Positions 12,365 through 24,692 of a stretch of 64,000 bases of DNA are shown here, piece after piece. The stretch spans positions 11,100,001 through 11,164,000 of the forward strand of contig CM075990.1 in NCBI GenBank assembly GCA_038087875.1, read 5' to 3'. The number at the start of each line of letters is the position of its first letter. Position 1 is the stretch's first letter. A program made the translations under genes and the position numbers. The notes under the pieces are model-generated. The model did not search any database. It was given only the letters and a program-made list of their open reading frames with translations, and was not told where the DNA came from. The stretch is from Malacoraja senta (lineage: Eukaryota).

Positions 12365-12690
12365 ATTAGAGATTCCTTTATTTGTCATTCAGACCTTTCG
12401 GTCTGAACGAAATTTCGTTGCCTGCAGTCATACATATAATAATAAATAACAAAACACACAATAAACACAAATTAACATCCACCACAGTGAGTTCACCAGG
12501 CACCTCCTCACTGTGATGGAGGCAAAAGTCTTAAAGTCTCTGTCTCTTCCCTCTTTGTTCTCCCTCTGCGCTGAGGCGATCCAGGCTTCTGATGTTGTGG
12601 CCCCGCCGGGTGATGGTTAGTCAATTCCGCGGCTGAATCCGTGCTCCGCGACGGGCCGGTTCAAACTCCGCAGCCCGGGGTGGCCGAAGC
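12365..12690 (-). mobile_element. 5'-truncated copy of the CpG-rich retroposon at 37177-38030
   Basis: Near-identical reverse complement of ~37690-38025, including the GAAA-tetraloop hairpin. Confidence 0.9.
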
Positions 12691-12717
12691 TGAAGAAGGG
12701 TCCTGACCCGAAACGTC
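12690..12717 (+). ncRNA. Minimal hammerhead ribozyme core, intact
   Basis: CTGAAGA-A-GGGTC-CT-GACCC-GAAAC-GTC at the start of a pLTR arm. Confidence 0.7.
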
Positions 12718-13179
12718 ACCTATCCATGCTCTCCAGGGTGCTACCTGACCCACTGAGTTACTCCAGCACTTGGTGTATATTTGGCATCTGCACTTCTGTG
12801 TTTCTACATGGGGTTACATTCTCTTTGCTCTGTCTATAGGAGTCACCCTGAGCTTCCACTTGCCTGCCACTTTAGCTTATTGCCCCGCTGCCACTCTGAC
12901 CTCTCCTGTGTATGGCCTCCTGCAGTGTTATAACAGAGCTCAACGCGAGCTCAAGGAGCGGGATTATCTTTTGCCTGGGCAGCACTCCGAACTGAATATC
13001 GAATTCTCCAACAGTAGGTAGCTCACCATTTCATCCTATCTGTATCAGAACCTCTGCCTGTCATGACTTTGGCTCTGTTTTTCTACTTCTATCCGTATTT
13101 TCTGCCCTGTTAGGCATATCCCACAGCCTGACTATTTACAGCACATTACGCCAACACAGAAACATCATGTGGTTGTGAT

Positions 13180-13400
13180 GAACACAGAATGCTGGATTAA
13201 CTCTGCGGGTCAGGCAGCATCTCTGGAGAGTAGGAATAGGTGACGTTTTGGGTCGGAACCTTTCTTCAGAAGGTCAAGCAGGGTTCCGACCCGAAACGTC
13301 ACCTATTCCTTTTCTCCAGTGATACTGCCTGACCCGCAGAGTTATTCCAGCACTTTGTGTCGACAGTATAAGCCAGCATCTGCAGAACTTCCTACGCATA
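13180..13400. mobile_element. Palindromic Penelope-derived mini-element
   Basis: Inverted arms meeting near 13270. Confidence 0.85.
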
Positions 13401-13499
13401 ATGTCCTTGTGCCAGCCTCCATGAATTCTCTTGGTCTCTCTCCATCAAAGATATTACCTTTCTTCCTCCCATCCTTCCCCCACCTACTGTCGACTGAAA

Positions 13500-13610
13500 A
13501 CTAATGTTTTACTCCCTTTTCAAGCTCAGACGAAGGGTCAGGGACCTGAAACGTTAACCGTTTCTCTTTCCACAGATGCTGCCTGACCTGCGGTGAGTTT
13601 CCTGCGTTGT
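13500..13610 (+). mobile_element. Older Penelope pLTR subfamily with decayed hammerhead
   Basis: cagacgaagggtc...gacctgaaacgtta then cacagatgctgcctgacctgc. Confidence 0.6.
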
Positions 13611-14161
13611 CTGTCATTATGACATTTCCTTCTGTGGCATCACTTGTCTGTCATTATGACACTTCCTTCCTGAGCATCAATGCTGATTGTCACCTTTGAA
13701 AACAATGTAGAGGCGAATCATCTATTAGCCTCTTTGCCACAAACAGCAACTTGCTGCCAATATGTATTTAAACGGGTGACTTTACACAGCATGCCCTGCT
13801 TTCCTTTCACTTTATTATAGATTTTAATGAAAATTTGAAATCTCCACTGATGCAAAAACCCAAATCCTACACTGGCAAACTACATCTTGACAGTTTGTGT
13901 TCAACTGTGCTAATGAACTGAATGTTTGAATAATCGAGGACTAAGGAGGGGGTTTAAGAGGAAGGTGTTGGAAAAAATGATATTATTTCTGCACTTGTTT
14001 GGGTAATATTTTATTAACATGCCATTTGATATATAAGAGTATGGAAAGTGCAGCGATGATGAATAGTTTTTCTTGATCTGTGACAGATCTTATTTTGCAA
14101 ATGTTTGACTGAAAATGAAATTTAATGTGTGCTGACTAAGTGGAATATTTAAGCAGTGTTT

Positions 14162-14337
14162 TGTAGGAAGGAACTGCAGATGCTGGTTTAAACCGAAGAT
14201 AGACGCAAAATGCTGGAGTAACTCAGCGGCACAGGCAGCATCTCTGGTGAGACGGAATGGGTGACGTTTTGGGTCGAGACCCTTCTTCAGACTGATGTCA
14301 GGCGAGAGGGATATACTTAGGTAAGGAAGTGTAAGGT
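14162..14337 (-). mobile_element. Penelope-like pLTR
   Basis: Full arm with antisense hammerhead gacgttttgggtcgagacccttcttcag (G12-to-A change). Confidence 0.85.
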
Positions 14338-14585
14338 TATCAGTCTCAAATGACTCAGTGATTGGAATCTACACAGGATACTTTAGAATCATTATCGGAA
14401 GTGAACTGGTGTAAAGATGGCAAGGCAATATCAAACACTTGGCTTTATTTTTAATTTTGTTATTGTCTTGTCGGTAGTTCCAAAAAGTGGTTGTAATTAA
14501 TATATTTAAAATTAGAAATTAACAAGCATTCCAAAACTGAGGCGTTATACTTGTCAGGAAAGATTGAATAGTCTTTGCGGAGTTT

Positions 14586-14797
14586 GTGCTGTCTGTACGG
14601 AGTTTGTACGTTTTCCCCGTGACCGCGTGGGTTTTCACCGAGATCTTCGGTTTCCTCACACACTCCGAAGACGTACAGGTTTGTAGGTTAATTGGCTCGG
14701 TATAAGTGTAAATTGTCCCTAGTAGGATAGTGTTAATCTGCAGGATCGCCGGTTGGTGTGGACTTGGTGGGCCGATATAACTCTAAACGAAACTAAA
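14586..14797 (+). mobile_element. HE1/V-SINE-type SINE, 5'-truncated
   Basis: Family body and tail. Confidence 0.85.
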
Positions 14798-15214
14798 TCT
14801 AGGACTCTTTTCAATGCAAAAGAAAAAGGGGTCTTTAAAATAGCGAAAGGATTTAATCGGTCAGATTGCAGAGAATATTTCATATTTGCAGGCCAGACCA
14901 ATACTAGGACCATGAATGATAAGAAATTCTAATGAATCCAAAGGGGGTAGGATGATTTATTCAATGAAAAAAAAACTGCTGGAGGAACTCAACAGGTCAA
15001 GTAACATCAGTGCAGGGAAAGGGATGGTCGAGGTTTTGGATCGAGACCCTGCATCAGGATTGATGAATATTATTGTTTATTCATTTCATCATATGTGGGT
15101 GAACTAGTGAACTAGTTTAACGTTCAATTCTTAAATGATGTCAGTGCTTCAATTTAAAAATTCTTTTCTTATGTTAAAATTCCTCGACAGCCCTACCCTT
15201 CCCCATCACAGGTC

Positions 15215-15501
15215 ATCTTACAACACTCAGCATGCTCAGAGAAATCTGACTGTCTGATCATCCCCAAATTAAACAGCTCCCTCATAGGAGTCTACATCTT
15301 CAGCTGCATAGCCCAATCTCTGTATTTCCCTCACTTCAGCTCCTTTCACATGCTCTTTCTTTGGCTAAGCTATTCGTTGTCTGATTTTCACCTCCCCTCA
15401 CCTTGTTCGATGTCAGGTTCTGTTTGACCATGCCCCTGTGAAGTGCCTTAGGAGGTTTTACCACTTTGAAGTAGCCACATAAATGCAAGTTGTTGTTGTT
15501 G
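15215..15501 (+). mobile_element. Old L2 3' end
   Basis: tgtgaagtgccttaggaggttttaccac...ataaatgcaag(ttg)n tail. Confidence 0.55.
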
Positions 15502-16061
15502 GGAGGAAGTCAGGTCATGGCTTCATGCTGAGCCATTGATTCAAGATGTGCTGTGCCCATCTGAACTCCCATTCCTTGTAAATCTCAGGAAGAATGAAAA
15601 ACCTTATTAGGCCTCTCTACCTTCCAGTCCCTAATTCCATCCTGAGACAGGATATACAGTAGTGGCTCACAACTTACCATCTCATTGTACCCTGCGTGTG
15701 CCTCCCATTCTGGGACCTGGTACCTCCGACAGAACTGCACTCAATCAATCCTTGAGTGGGACTGAGCCAAAAGTTGAGTTTGTACTTTCTGGGGAAACAA
15801 TGAAGTGGAAGCTGTGGGATCAGGTGTTTCAATAATAAGATCACAGTTTGATAGTATAGGATGCGAGTTTGAGGGCTGAATGGCATTCATTGTCCTTTCT
15901 AATGTTGTTACTTAAATAGAATAAGAGAATGTGCAGCATGAAAACTGTTCCACTCCGTGTGTACATTTGTGCTTCACTCGCCTAAATCTATCGGCAGAAC
16001 TCTCTTTCTCCTGCATTTACTCCAGTAAATCCATTAGTATGTCCCTGCTACCAGCCACAAC

Positions 16062-16460
16062 CAAAGATCCTATATCAAGCAAGATAGGTCACTCGACGAA
16101 AAAGACGTAGTACGGTCATGGGCAGATTCATGGGTAATTTTCGGCCCCAATTCCGTAACCGGCTTCCGTCTCCGCACCAAAGATCCCATAGCGGAGCAAA
16201 GATACTAGTGCGGAGAAGGAAACCGGTTACGGAAACATCCTCGTAAAAATAAAAGTTCTTTGGTAAAAATCTTCTCCTCATTTTAAGAATTATAATTTAT
16301 TAACACAAACTGTTTCCCCGCAACGTTGATTACACTGCGAGTCGGGTCGGGTTAATGAAATGGATGAGAAAAAGGCCCACGTTCCGCTCCGTTGATTACT
16401 ACACGTCAGCCTATTGCATTTAGCAAAAGTGGTCTATCTTGCTCCGATATAGGATCTTTG
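16062..16460. mobile_element. MITE with ~32-bp TIRs and 8-bp TSD, probably P-element superfamily
   Basis: TIR caaagatcctatatc(a/gg)agcaagatag..cact at both ends; TSD gccacaac at 16054-16061 and 16461-16468. Confidence 0.85.
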
Positions 16461-16734
16461 GCCACAACCACCACTGCCTTTGTTAGCAAGTTCTGCATTC
16501 TCCCATTCTATGAGTCAAGAAGTTGGTCCTAAATTGCACATTGGCCATCTTGTATTCACAGGCACTTTTTTTGATCTTGCTGGCAAAAGGAAACATCTTC
16601 TCTGCATGATCCTTTCATAATTTCAAAAAACGATTTCCATTTTTCTGGAAATTTTTGGTTTATTTTTGCCACTTGTCCTAGCTGTTTGCATTGAATTTTG
16701 GATGCAGTGAACAACACAAAGAGGATGCTATGTC

Positions 16735-16950
16735 AGACAATAGACAATAGACAATAGGTGCAGGAGTAGGCCATTTGGCCCTTTGAGCCATTCAATGTGA
16801 TCATGGCTGATCATCCCCAATCAGTACCCCATTCCTGCCTTCTCCCCATATCCCCTGACTCTGCTAGCTTTAAGAGCCCTATTTAGCTCCCTCTTGAAAA
16901 TATCCGGAGAACCGGCCTCCACCGCCCTCTGAGGCAGAGAATTGCACAGA
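16735..16950 (-). mobile_element. CR1 3' fragment
   Basis: (agacaat)n tail and CR1 3' UTR, antisense. Confidence 0.85.
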
Positions 16951-17261
16951 CTTCTTCCACAAGACAGGTGCTTCTTGTATCTCACTTAGGACAAACATCT
17001 TGTTCAATAAGCGATCTGGTGGTTTTAATTTTTTGAATCTTTGTCAAGATTTTGCTCTGCTAACAATTTCACAGAAAAGTTGTCCCTTCTGTGAATGGAA
17101 TATGCATTGGAAAAATGTCGCATTGTTCACATTTTTTTTCCTTTGGGTTGCCTGAAGCACATATCCTCAGTGCAAGAATAGCAACAAAAAAATACAGCTG
17201 TTGCAAATCTGAAGTGAACAAGGTACTCAACATGTCAGGCAGCTTCTGTGGAGAGAAAAAG

Positions 17262-17458
17262 TTCACAAAGTGCTGGAGTAACTCAGCAGGTCAGGCAGCA
17301 TCTCTGGTAAACACAGATAGGTGACCTTTTGGATCAAGACCCTTTTGAGACATCACCTGTCCATGTTCTTCAGAGATGCTGAGTGACCCGCTGAGTTATT
17401 CCAGCACTTTGTGTCCTTTTGTGCATTAACCAGCATCTGCAGTTCTTTGTTTCTACAT
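17262..17458. mobile_element. Palindromic Penelope-derived mini-element
   Basis: Inverted arms; flanked by ctg(t)ggagagaaa inside an older pLTR. Confidence 0.75.
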
Positions 17459-18477
17459 CTCTGGAGAGAAACAAGCTTCATGTTTCATGTCAATGATACT
17501 TCATCTGATCACCTGAAACCCTCTCCACAGATTCTCCCTGACTGGTTATTTCCAGCATTTTACTTTTGTGTTCATGCAATAACCTGATGAAGCTGTTTAT
17601 CAAATGTCTGGTTACGTCTTCAAGTGCAGACTAGTGAATGAATGGTTATTGTGTGCTTTGCTGATGTAAAACATCAAATAACTAGACAAGGAACTTGATC
17701 AGAGCAGGCAGCTGGGCTATATCTTCCTATTGTTTGAGTCAATGAATGACAGGAATTATTATAAAAAGGAAAACATTATTTTAAACACAGGGCTATGCTG
17801 CATGGAAATGTGTCTGACGAGTCTGTGCAAGCCTACAAGCACCATTAATACTAAACTTTTGTGAAGTGTTTTATTTAGAATAATATTTAGAATAATCCAA
17901 TTTTATTTCCCCCACATTGCAATTATCTCTTCCCAGATTCTACCACCTCACCTATGTGTCGTGGGCAACCTTCAACTGGCAAATGCACCTTCCAATTCAC
18001 ACTTCTTCAGGATGTGCAAAGAAATTAGAGCACCTTGAGGAAATGCACAAAGAGAATGTGCAAATCCAACACAGACTGACTCCATGACTCTGCACAGGTA
18101 CAGGTACATGGATAGGACAGGTTTAGAGGGATATGGGCCAAACACCGTCAAATGGGAGTAGTGTAGATGGGACATGTTGGTCGGTGTGGGCAAGTTGGGT
18201 CGAAGGGTCTGTTTAATAAGTTAATGAGTGATAGGAGCAGAATTAAGCCATTGGGCCCATCAAGTCTACTCCGCCATTCAATCTATCTCTCCATCCTAAC
18301 CCCATTCTCCTGCCTTCTCTCCATAATCCCAGACACCCGTACTAATCCTGTTTCCACACTGTATGACTGTATGATTCTCAGACAACACTGAGGGTCAGGA
18401 TTGATCTTTGTTTGCTGGAACTGTGAGGAAGCAGCTTTGTAGCTGCACCACTGTGCTTGCAACATAACAGGTGGCAA

Positions 18478-18692
18478 AAAGCTCCTTCCTTCCAAGTACT
18501 ATAAGTTCTCACAATAGGCAACATGAATGAGCTAATACCCTTTATTTCTAAGTTCTGTTATTGGCAGTGGGGAGAACTGACTGTATTTTTCTGCAACTCC
18601 ACGGGATCCTTTGTATCCGAGAGAGTGGACAGGGATCTGATTAAAGTCCCATTCAAAAATCGTCACCTTTGCAACGTAGCACTCCCGCGGGA
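18478..18692 (-). mobile_element. Decayed DeuSINE/SacSINE-like element
   Basis: Reverse complement of 19147-19472; Deu-domain-like ttaa.c.gag.ccc...aaagatccc. Confidence 0.5.
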
Positions 18693-19146
18693 GTGTCTGT
18701 ATGGAGTTTGTACGTCCTCCCCCTGACCTTCACCGGTAGCTCAAGTTTCCTCCCACACTCCAGAGACGTACAGGTTTGTATGTTAATTGGCTTGGTATAA
18801 TTGTAAATTGCCCATAGTGTGTGTAGGATGATGTTAGTGTGTGGGGATCGCTGGTCGGCATGGACCGAAGTGCCTGTTTCCACGATGTATCTCTAAATTA
18901 AACAAAACAAACATAATTAATATATATTTTTTGCATGCATGACATTCATTGCTGACATTATTAGGTAGCACAAGATTCATTTTCGCTTTAGAGTTTTTCT
19001 TGAGTTGTTAATGGGATAAAACCCCCCCCCCCAAAAAATCCCAAGTATAAATAATTTAATGTAAATAATCTGTTTATTATTGGTCACCAACGAGACTGTT
19101 TACAGTGACCCGGGCAGCAAAATTAATGCTGACGCTCCTAATGTAG

Positions 19147-19472
19147 CCCTGTGGAAGTGCAACATTGCAGCGGTGGCAACTTTTTGATGGGGCTTTAACC
19201 AGAGCCCTTTCCACTCCCTTGGATACAAAAGATCCCATAAAGCTGCATAAAAATATAGTAGTCTGCACAATAACTTAGCTCTCAGCTCGGAGAACTTTCC
19301 CGAAACGTTGCCTATTTCCTTTGCTCCATAGATGCTGTCTCACCCGCTGACTATCTCCAGCATTTTTGTCTACCTTCGATTTTCCAGCATCTGCAGTTCC
19401 TTTTTAAACATCAGCTCATTCATGTTGTTTTTCTGTGAGAATATATGGTACTTGAAAGGAAGGAGTTTTTTG
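19147..19472 (+). mobile_element. Decayed DeuSINE/SacSINE-like element interrupted by a pLTR (~19298-19410)
   Basis: gtgcaacattgcagcggtggcaactttttgatggggctttaaccagagccc...aaaagatcccat. Confidence 0.5.
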
Positions 19473-19823
19473 ACAATTTGAAATATCTGGAAAATAAGTC
19501 TAGCAGAATTTATTCAAGTTATTTGTAAGAAATCATTTTTATTCGGGCAACATGCATGTGGAAGTTAAAACAATTGGTGTAAATTATATATAAAATTATT
19601 AATAATGCGTCTTAATGAATGCCTGAGGGTTATTATAATCTTAATGTACCAGGCATCATCTTCATAAAATAGATATTCTTCACCATGTCATTCAGCTTCA
19701 GACTAAAATGGTGTTAGCTGAGAAAAATATATTAAGAAATTTGCAACTTTCAGATGTAAACTGTAAATAATCATAAAAAGCTGATAGTGAATTGAAAGCA
19801 ATAATCCAGTCTTGGAGGCTCAC

Positions 19824-19997
19824 TCAATTTCATCCCGAGGTTTATATCGTAGAAACTCCTCTATAAAATTGTGGTTTAGAAATTCACAGGAATCTATCTG
19901 TTCTCCATCATGCAGAACAGTTGGAAATACACAGAACTGCGGAACATTAACAAATTCATTATATCTTGATAATTTAAAAATTTCCAATATGTTCTGG
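19824..19997 (-). CDS. Candidate internal exon (174 bp, phase 2-2) of an unidentified gene
   Basis: ttcatttaccacag acceptor, open frame QNILEIFKLSRYNEFVNVPQFCVFPTVLHDGEQIDSCEFLNHNFIEEFLRYKPRDEI, GA|gtgagc donor; in unique DNA; no homolog recognised. Confidence 0.42.
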
Positions 19998-20444
19998 CTG
20001 TGGTAAATGAACATCCATATTAGACTATAAATTGACGTTTAATCACTTCATGATTACTAATGCTTTAGTGTGAATGCTATTACAAATGCATCAGTGCAAT
20101 GGACCGACCACCTGCCAAAGCTGCTGCTTTAGCAGAGAGGTGATTTAACTGCTTGTAAATCACTTATTTTGTGATCTTGGTAAGGTGGTGGTGATATTTG
20201 TCAAATGGGAAAGTGGACTTTAGTCCTTGGAGTTGTACTCACTCCAAGACTGCGAGTAATTGCAGAGATAGACACAAAAAGCTGGAGCAACTCAGCATCT
20301 CTGGGGAGAAGGAATGCTTGACGTTCGAGTTGAGACCCTTCTTTAGAATCTGTTGCAGATGCTGCCTGTCCTGCTGAGTAACTATAGCTTTTTTTTGTCT
20401 ATCTTCAGTTATAACCAGCATTTGCAGTTCCTTCCTACACATAC

Positions 20445-20950
20445 AGCAATTGCAGAGAATTGTGGATGTAGCCCAGACCATCACACAGACCAGACTCCCC
20501 ACCATTGACTCCATCTCCACATCTCGCTGCCTCAGGAAAACAGCCGAGATTATTAAGGACCATTTTCACCCCAGTCATTCCCTCTTCCCCGCTCCCAACA
20601 GTGAGAAGATACAAAAGCTTAAAAACACAAACCACCAGACTCGGGAACAGTTTCTTCCCCTCTTCATCAGACTTGTGGATGGTCCTTCCATACGGTGGAG
20701 TCCGATCTTCCAACCTACCATATTGAGGACATTGCACTTTTTCTCTGTACCTGTAATACTACAATGCAGAAAAACTATATTCTGTACTCTGGCATTTTTC
20801 TCTTTGCTCTCCCTGTCATGTATGGCTTGATTGTACTCATATATAGAATGATATACAATATGATCTTCACATGATCTGATTTAATTGAATAGCACACAAA
20901 CAAAAGCTTTTCACTGTGTCTCAGTACACATGACAATAATAAATCAATAC
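20445..20950 (+). mobile_element. Rex1/Babar-like LINE 3' fragment
   Basis: QRIVDVAQTITQTRLPTIDSISTSRCLRKTAEIIKDHFHPSHSLF plus ...catgacaataataaa tail. Confidence 0.85.
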
Positions 20951-21677
20951 CAATGGCAATCATTGAATCAAAGAATCATATATCGTGGTGCCTTCAGCCC
21001 ATTTGCCCACGCTGACCAACATGCCCCATCTACACTAGTTCCATCTGCCCATATCCCTCTAAACCTATCATTTCCATGTACTTGTCCAAATTCTCTTAAA
21101 TTTTATGATAGTACCTGCCTTAACTGCCTCCTCTGGCAGCTTGTTACACACACCTCCCACACTTTGTGTAAAAAAAGGTTTCCCTTCAGGTTTCCATTAC
21201 ATCTTTCCTCTTTACCGTAAAACGATGCCCTTATGTTATCGATTCCCCTAATCTGGGCAAAAGACCCTGTGCATTTACTGCTGTGCATTCCTATCTAGGC
21301 TGTTGCTTTGATCTTTTTTCATTTTCTCACTCTGCACTGTGTACTTTTGGCTACACCTCTTGCTCCTGACTGTCACCCTTTGTTTGCCTATTTCCCCTCT
21401 CACTATCCTGTGCCTCTGCTTTGTCTTCTCCTCTTGATTTATAAACCAACTTGCGCTTGGAGCTCTCCTCCTTCCAATTTAACTTGAAGTCCTGTCTACG
21501 ACCCTAATTGTGCGATTGGCCAGGCTCTTGTCTCAGCTTGATTCAGCTGGAGCTTTATAGCACTCTTGCCAAAAAAGTTGAGCGTTGAAGCTTCCACCCA
21601 GAAACCTGAGCAAACAAAATCTCTGCTAATGCTCCATTGTGGTTGAGTTGAGTTGCGTTTAGTTTATCGTCACGTAA

Positions 21678-22206
21678 TATTGTGAGCAATTTTGGGCACC
21701 ATATCTGAGGAAGGACGTGCTGGCTCTGGACAGGGTCCAGAGGAGGTTTACTAGAATGATCCCAGGAATGAGTAGGTCAACCTATGATGAGCCTATGTTT
21801 GTCGGCACTGGGCCTGTACTCGCTGGAGTTTAGAAGAATGAAGGGAGACCTCATTGAAACGTACAGAATAGTGAAAGGCTTGGATAGAGTGAATGTGGAG
21901 AGGATGTTTCCACTAGTGGGAGAGTCTAGGACTAGAGGTCGAGGACATAGCCTCAGAATTAAAGGGCATTCTTTTTGGAAGGAGATGAGGAGAAATGTCT
22001 TTAGTCAGGGTGATGAACCCTTGGAATTCTTTGGCACTGAAGGCTGTGGAGGCCAAGTCAGTGGATATTTGTAAGGCAGAGATGGATAGATTCTTGATTA
22101 GTACAGGTGTCAGAGGTTGTGGGTAGAAGGCAGGACAATGAACTGAGGAGGGAGAGATAGATCTGCCATGATTGAATGGAGGAGTAGACTTGATGGGCCG
22201 AATGGC
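21678..22206 (+). mobile_element. CR1 LINE 3' fragment
   Basis: LGLYSLEFRRMKGDLIETYRIVKGLDRV...TRG(RG)HSLRIKG. Confidence 0.9.
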
Positions 22207-23524
22207 TTCGTGGAATCCGATGCTAGCCAGTCAGCGAAATGACAATGCATGACTACAATACAATACATGATTACAATCGAGTCATCCATAATGTACAGAT
22301 GCACGATAAAGGGGCTAACGTGAATAACGTTTTGTGGAAGATAAAGTCAGTGAAGTCTGATCAAAGATAGCCTGAGGGTTTCCAATGAGGTAGACTGCTC
22401 TCATGTTGTTGGTAGGATGGTTCAGCTGCCTGATAACAGTTGGGGAAAAAACTGCCCCTGAACCTGGAGGTGTGCATTTTCATACTTCTAAACTACCAGA
22501 AATGAGGTGCTGAACTGCCAGAGGTGCTGAGTTTCAGATGAGCTATTGGACGAGCTCTCACAGTTTTTTCCAGTACGTGGTATCACTTGGTACTATTTCT
22601 AAGGCCAGCTTGGGAGTTCTCCCTGTTGTCTTTCTCAATACCTACCTCTATCGGTATCACAAAATGACACACGGAAATGCAGCTACTTGTTACAAAAAAA
22701 GTCACAAAGTGTTGGAGAAACTCCGTGGGTCAGGCCGCATCTCTGGATGTTTTTGGGTTGGGAACCTTCTTCAGACATCAGACTGAAGAAGGGTGTCGAC
22801 TCTAAATGTCACCTGTCCATGTTGATTATCTCTATATTTTCACATTGCTGCCTGTGGGGCGTTGCGAGGTGCAAATTGATTGCTGCATTACTCATATTGA
22901 CTAATGACTATACAACAAAAAGTACTTAACTGTGCAGCAATTTCCAGATAATGAGAAAAGTTCAGGGCTTTCTGCATGTGACCTTCATGGGTTGGGATGT
23001 TGAACCCATAGTCAATGTATAAACACGGCTCTTGCTCGAGGTTTGGGCAGAGGCAACTCGGGCAGTGGCTCCTGCATCCATTCATGTCGTTTCTGTGATT
23101 GATTATGTAAAGAAATACCAGGATATGAAAATATTAGCACCTTTAATGTTTAATATTCCGATTGAAAAGTAAGTTTGGCAAACTTAACTGGCTGACAGAA
23201 AGACTTATTTGCATCTGGCAGTGGAGATTAGCCACTTCAAATATCCAAACTCCACCTTTTGAGTTTGAAGATAATTGCAACGCAGGAGGGGGACATTTAG
23301 ATCAGTGGAGAGCAGAGGAGCGAGAGAGTTGCAGCACTTCACAGCTTGCAGAGATGAATTTCTTCAGTGAGATGAGCCATATGGTTTGGGTGCTGTATAG
23401 GTGGAACTGGTGCAGCCAGTCATTTAGAATCAAGGTTATGAATCAACAAAGTGACAGACTCCAGCTGTGCTTCATCTGTCTCGGATTCCAAGGTGTCTTG
23501 CAATCTATGAAACATGAACATAGG

Positions 23525-23797
23525 GGTGTGTGTGTGTGTGTGTGTGTGTCCATGTGTGTGTGAATGTGCATGAGTGTGTGCTCATGTATGTGTGTTTACG
23601 TGTGTGTGTCTGTGTGCGTGTGAGTGCTTGTGGTGCATGTACGTGTGTCTGACTGCGCGTGTGAGCTCGTGTGTGAGCATGTTTGTGTGTGTGTGTTCAT
23701 GTGTGTGTGCATGCACGTGTGTGTTTGTGTCAGTGTGCGCGTGTGTGCTCATGTGTGTGTGCATGCATGCGTGTGTGTGTGTCTGTGTGTGCGCACA
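23525..23797. repeat. Degenerate (TG)n microsatellite
   Basis: About 270 bp of alternating purine-pyrimidine. Confidence 0.95.
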
Positions 23798-24074
23798 CTC
23801 CCAGATGCACAGACACACACATTTTCTCATATTGCAAGTGTACGGATACAAGGCACACACAGTAAAACCTGATCTGATGGGAATATCAGAAGTAATTAAT
23901 CATTCCCACCGGTGCATTTCCTCTTGAAAACACTTATGTAAATCAACAAGTTTGCATTTGGAGGTTAATGAAAAGTCAAATACTATTTTGTTCTTACCTG
24001 TCCCTGCATCTACTCCCACAGCACTATCCAGGGAACTAAACGGCCCTCCAGGTGTGGCAGAGATTCACATCCAA

Positions 24075-24378
24075 CCTTGCCGGTTGCATTCGGTGCTGTT
24101 GATGTGGCCTCCAACATTGCCCCGCGCAACGCACAGCTCTCGGTTCACTCTGTGCCGATTCCAGCCTTGTCATCAAACCCGCAGGCAATGACGGTGCCGT
24201 TGTGGTCTCTCGGACGGACCTCGGCTTTGCAGGGGCTAGAAGGCAACAATTGGACATCTTCTCATACTTGTCCAACCATTGATCACCAGGCCACTGTCTC
24301 CCATCCCATCACAGATCCCATAACTCCAGGAGATTTCCCCTCCGCAACCTTCAACCTGACAGTTCCCCAACTCTAACA
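24075..24378 (+). mobile_element. Penelope-like ORF relic (region N-terminal to the RT core)
   Basis: Frameshifted QRTALGSLCADSSLVIKPAGNDGAVVVSRTDL..ARRQ and HQATVSHPITDPITPGDFPSATFNLTVPQ match the IKPADKG region of PLE proteins. Confidence 0.75.
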
Positions 24379-24539
24379 CTAGTACTCCCCAACTCTATGT
24401 TGCTCATTTCTATCATTGAATATGCTTTTGGCAAAATCATTGAATATGCTTTTCTGCAAACAATTTATTAAGGCCAGAATAGGCCTGCTGAATTAATTGA
24501 TAATCTAATAACTTGCATGTTCGCCCATGGATTTCTTAC

Positions 24540-24692
24540 GGTTTAAGTCTACCTCTGATCAAAAATGTATGCGATCTAAAGCAGCCAGTATTGGAAATGA
24601 ACGGCAGTAAGGGACAAATTGGATAAAAATGGTTCAGGGCCTGAGGGGGTGAAAAATAATCTGAATAATACCTGATGTTAGAGGTTTGAACC
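24540..24692 (-). CDS. Candidate internal exon (153 bp, phase 2-2) of an unidentified gene
   Basis: cattatttctccaacag acceptor, open frame VQTSNIRYYSDYFSPPQALNHFYPICPLLPFISNTGCFRSHTFLIRGRLK, CC|gtaaga donor; phase-compatible with 19824-19997. Confidence 0.3.

Noticed and set aside
13608..13669. Short direct duplication ttgtctgtcattatgaca.ttccttc
   Set aside because: Two copies only; ordinary slippage duplication
19824..19880. EEFLRYKP resembling the cytochrome P450 ExxR motif
   Set aside because: The surrounding sequence does not fit P450 helices I-K
23574..23927. Cys/Val- and His/Thr-rich ORFs
   Set aside because: Translations of the (TG)n microsatellite
23998..24235. Exon-like minus-strand segment with good AG/GT sites
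   Set aside because: All three frames contain stops and most of it is the antisense of a Penelope ORF relic
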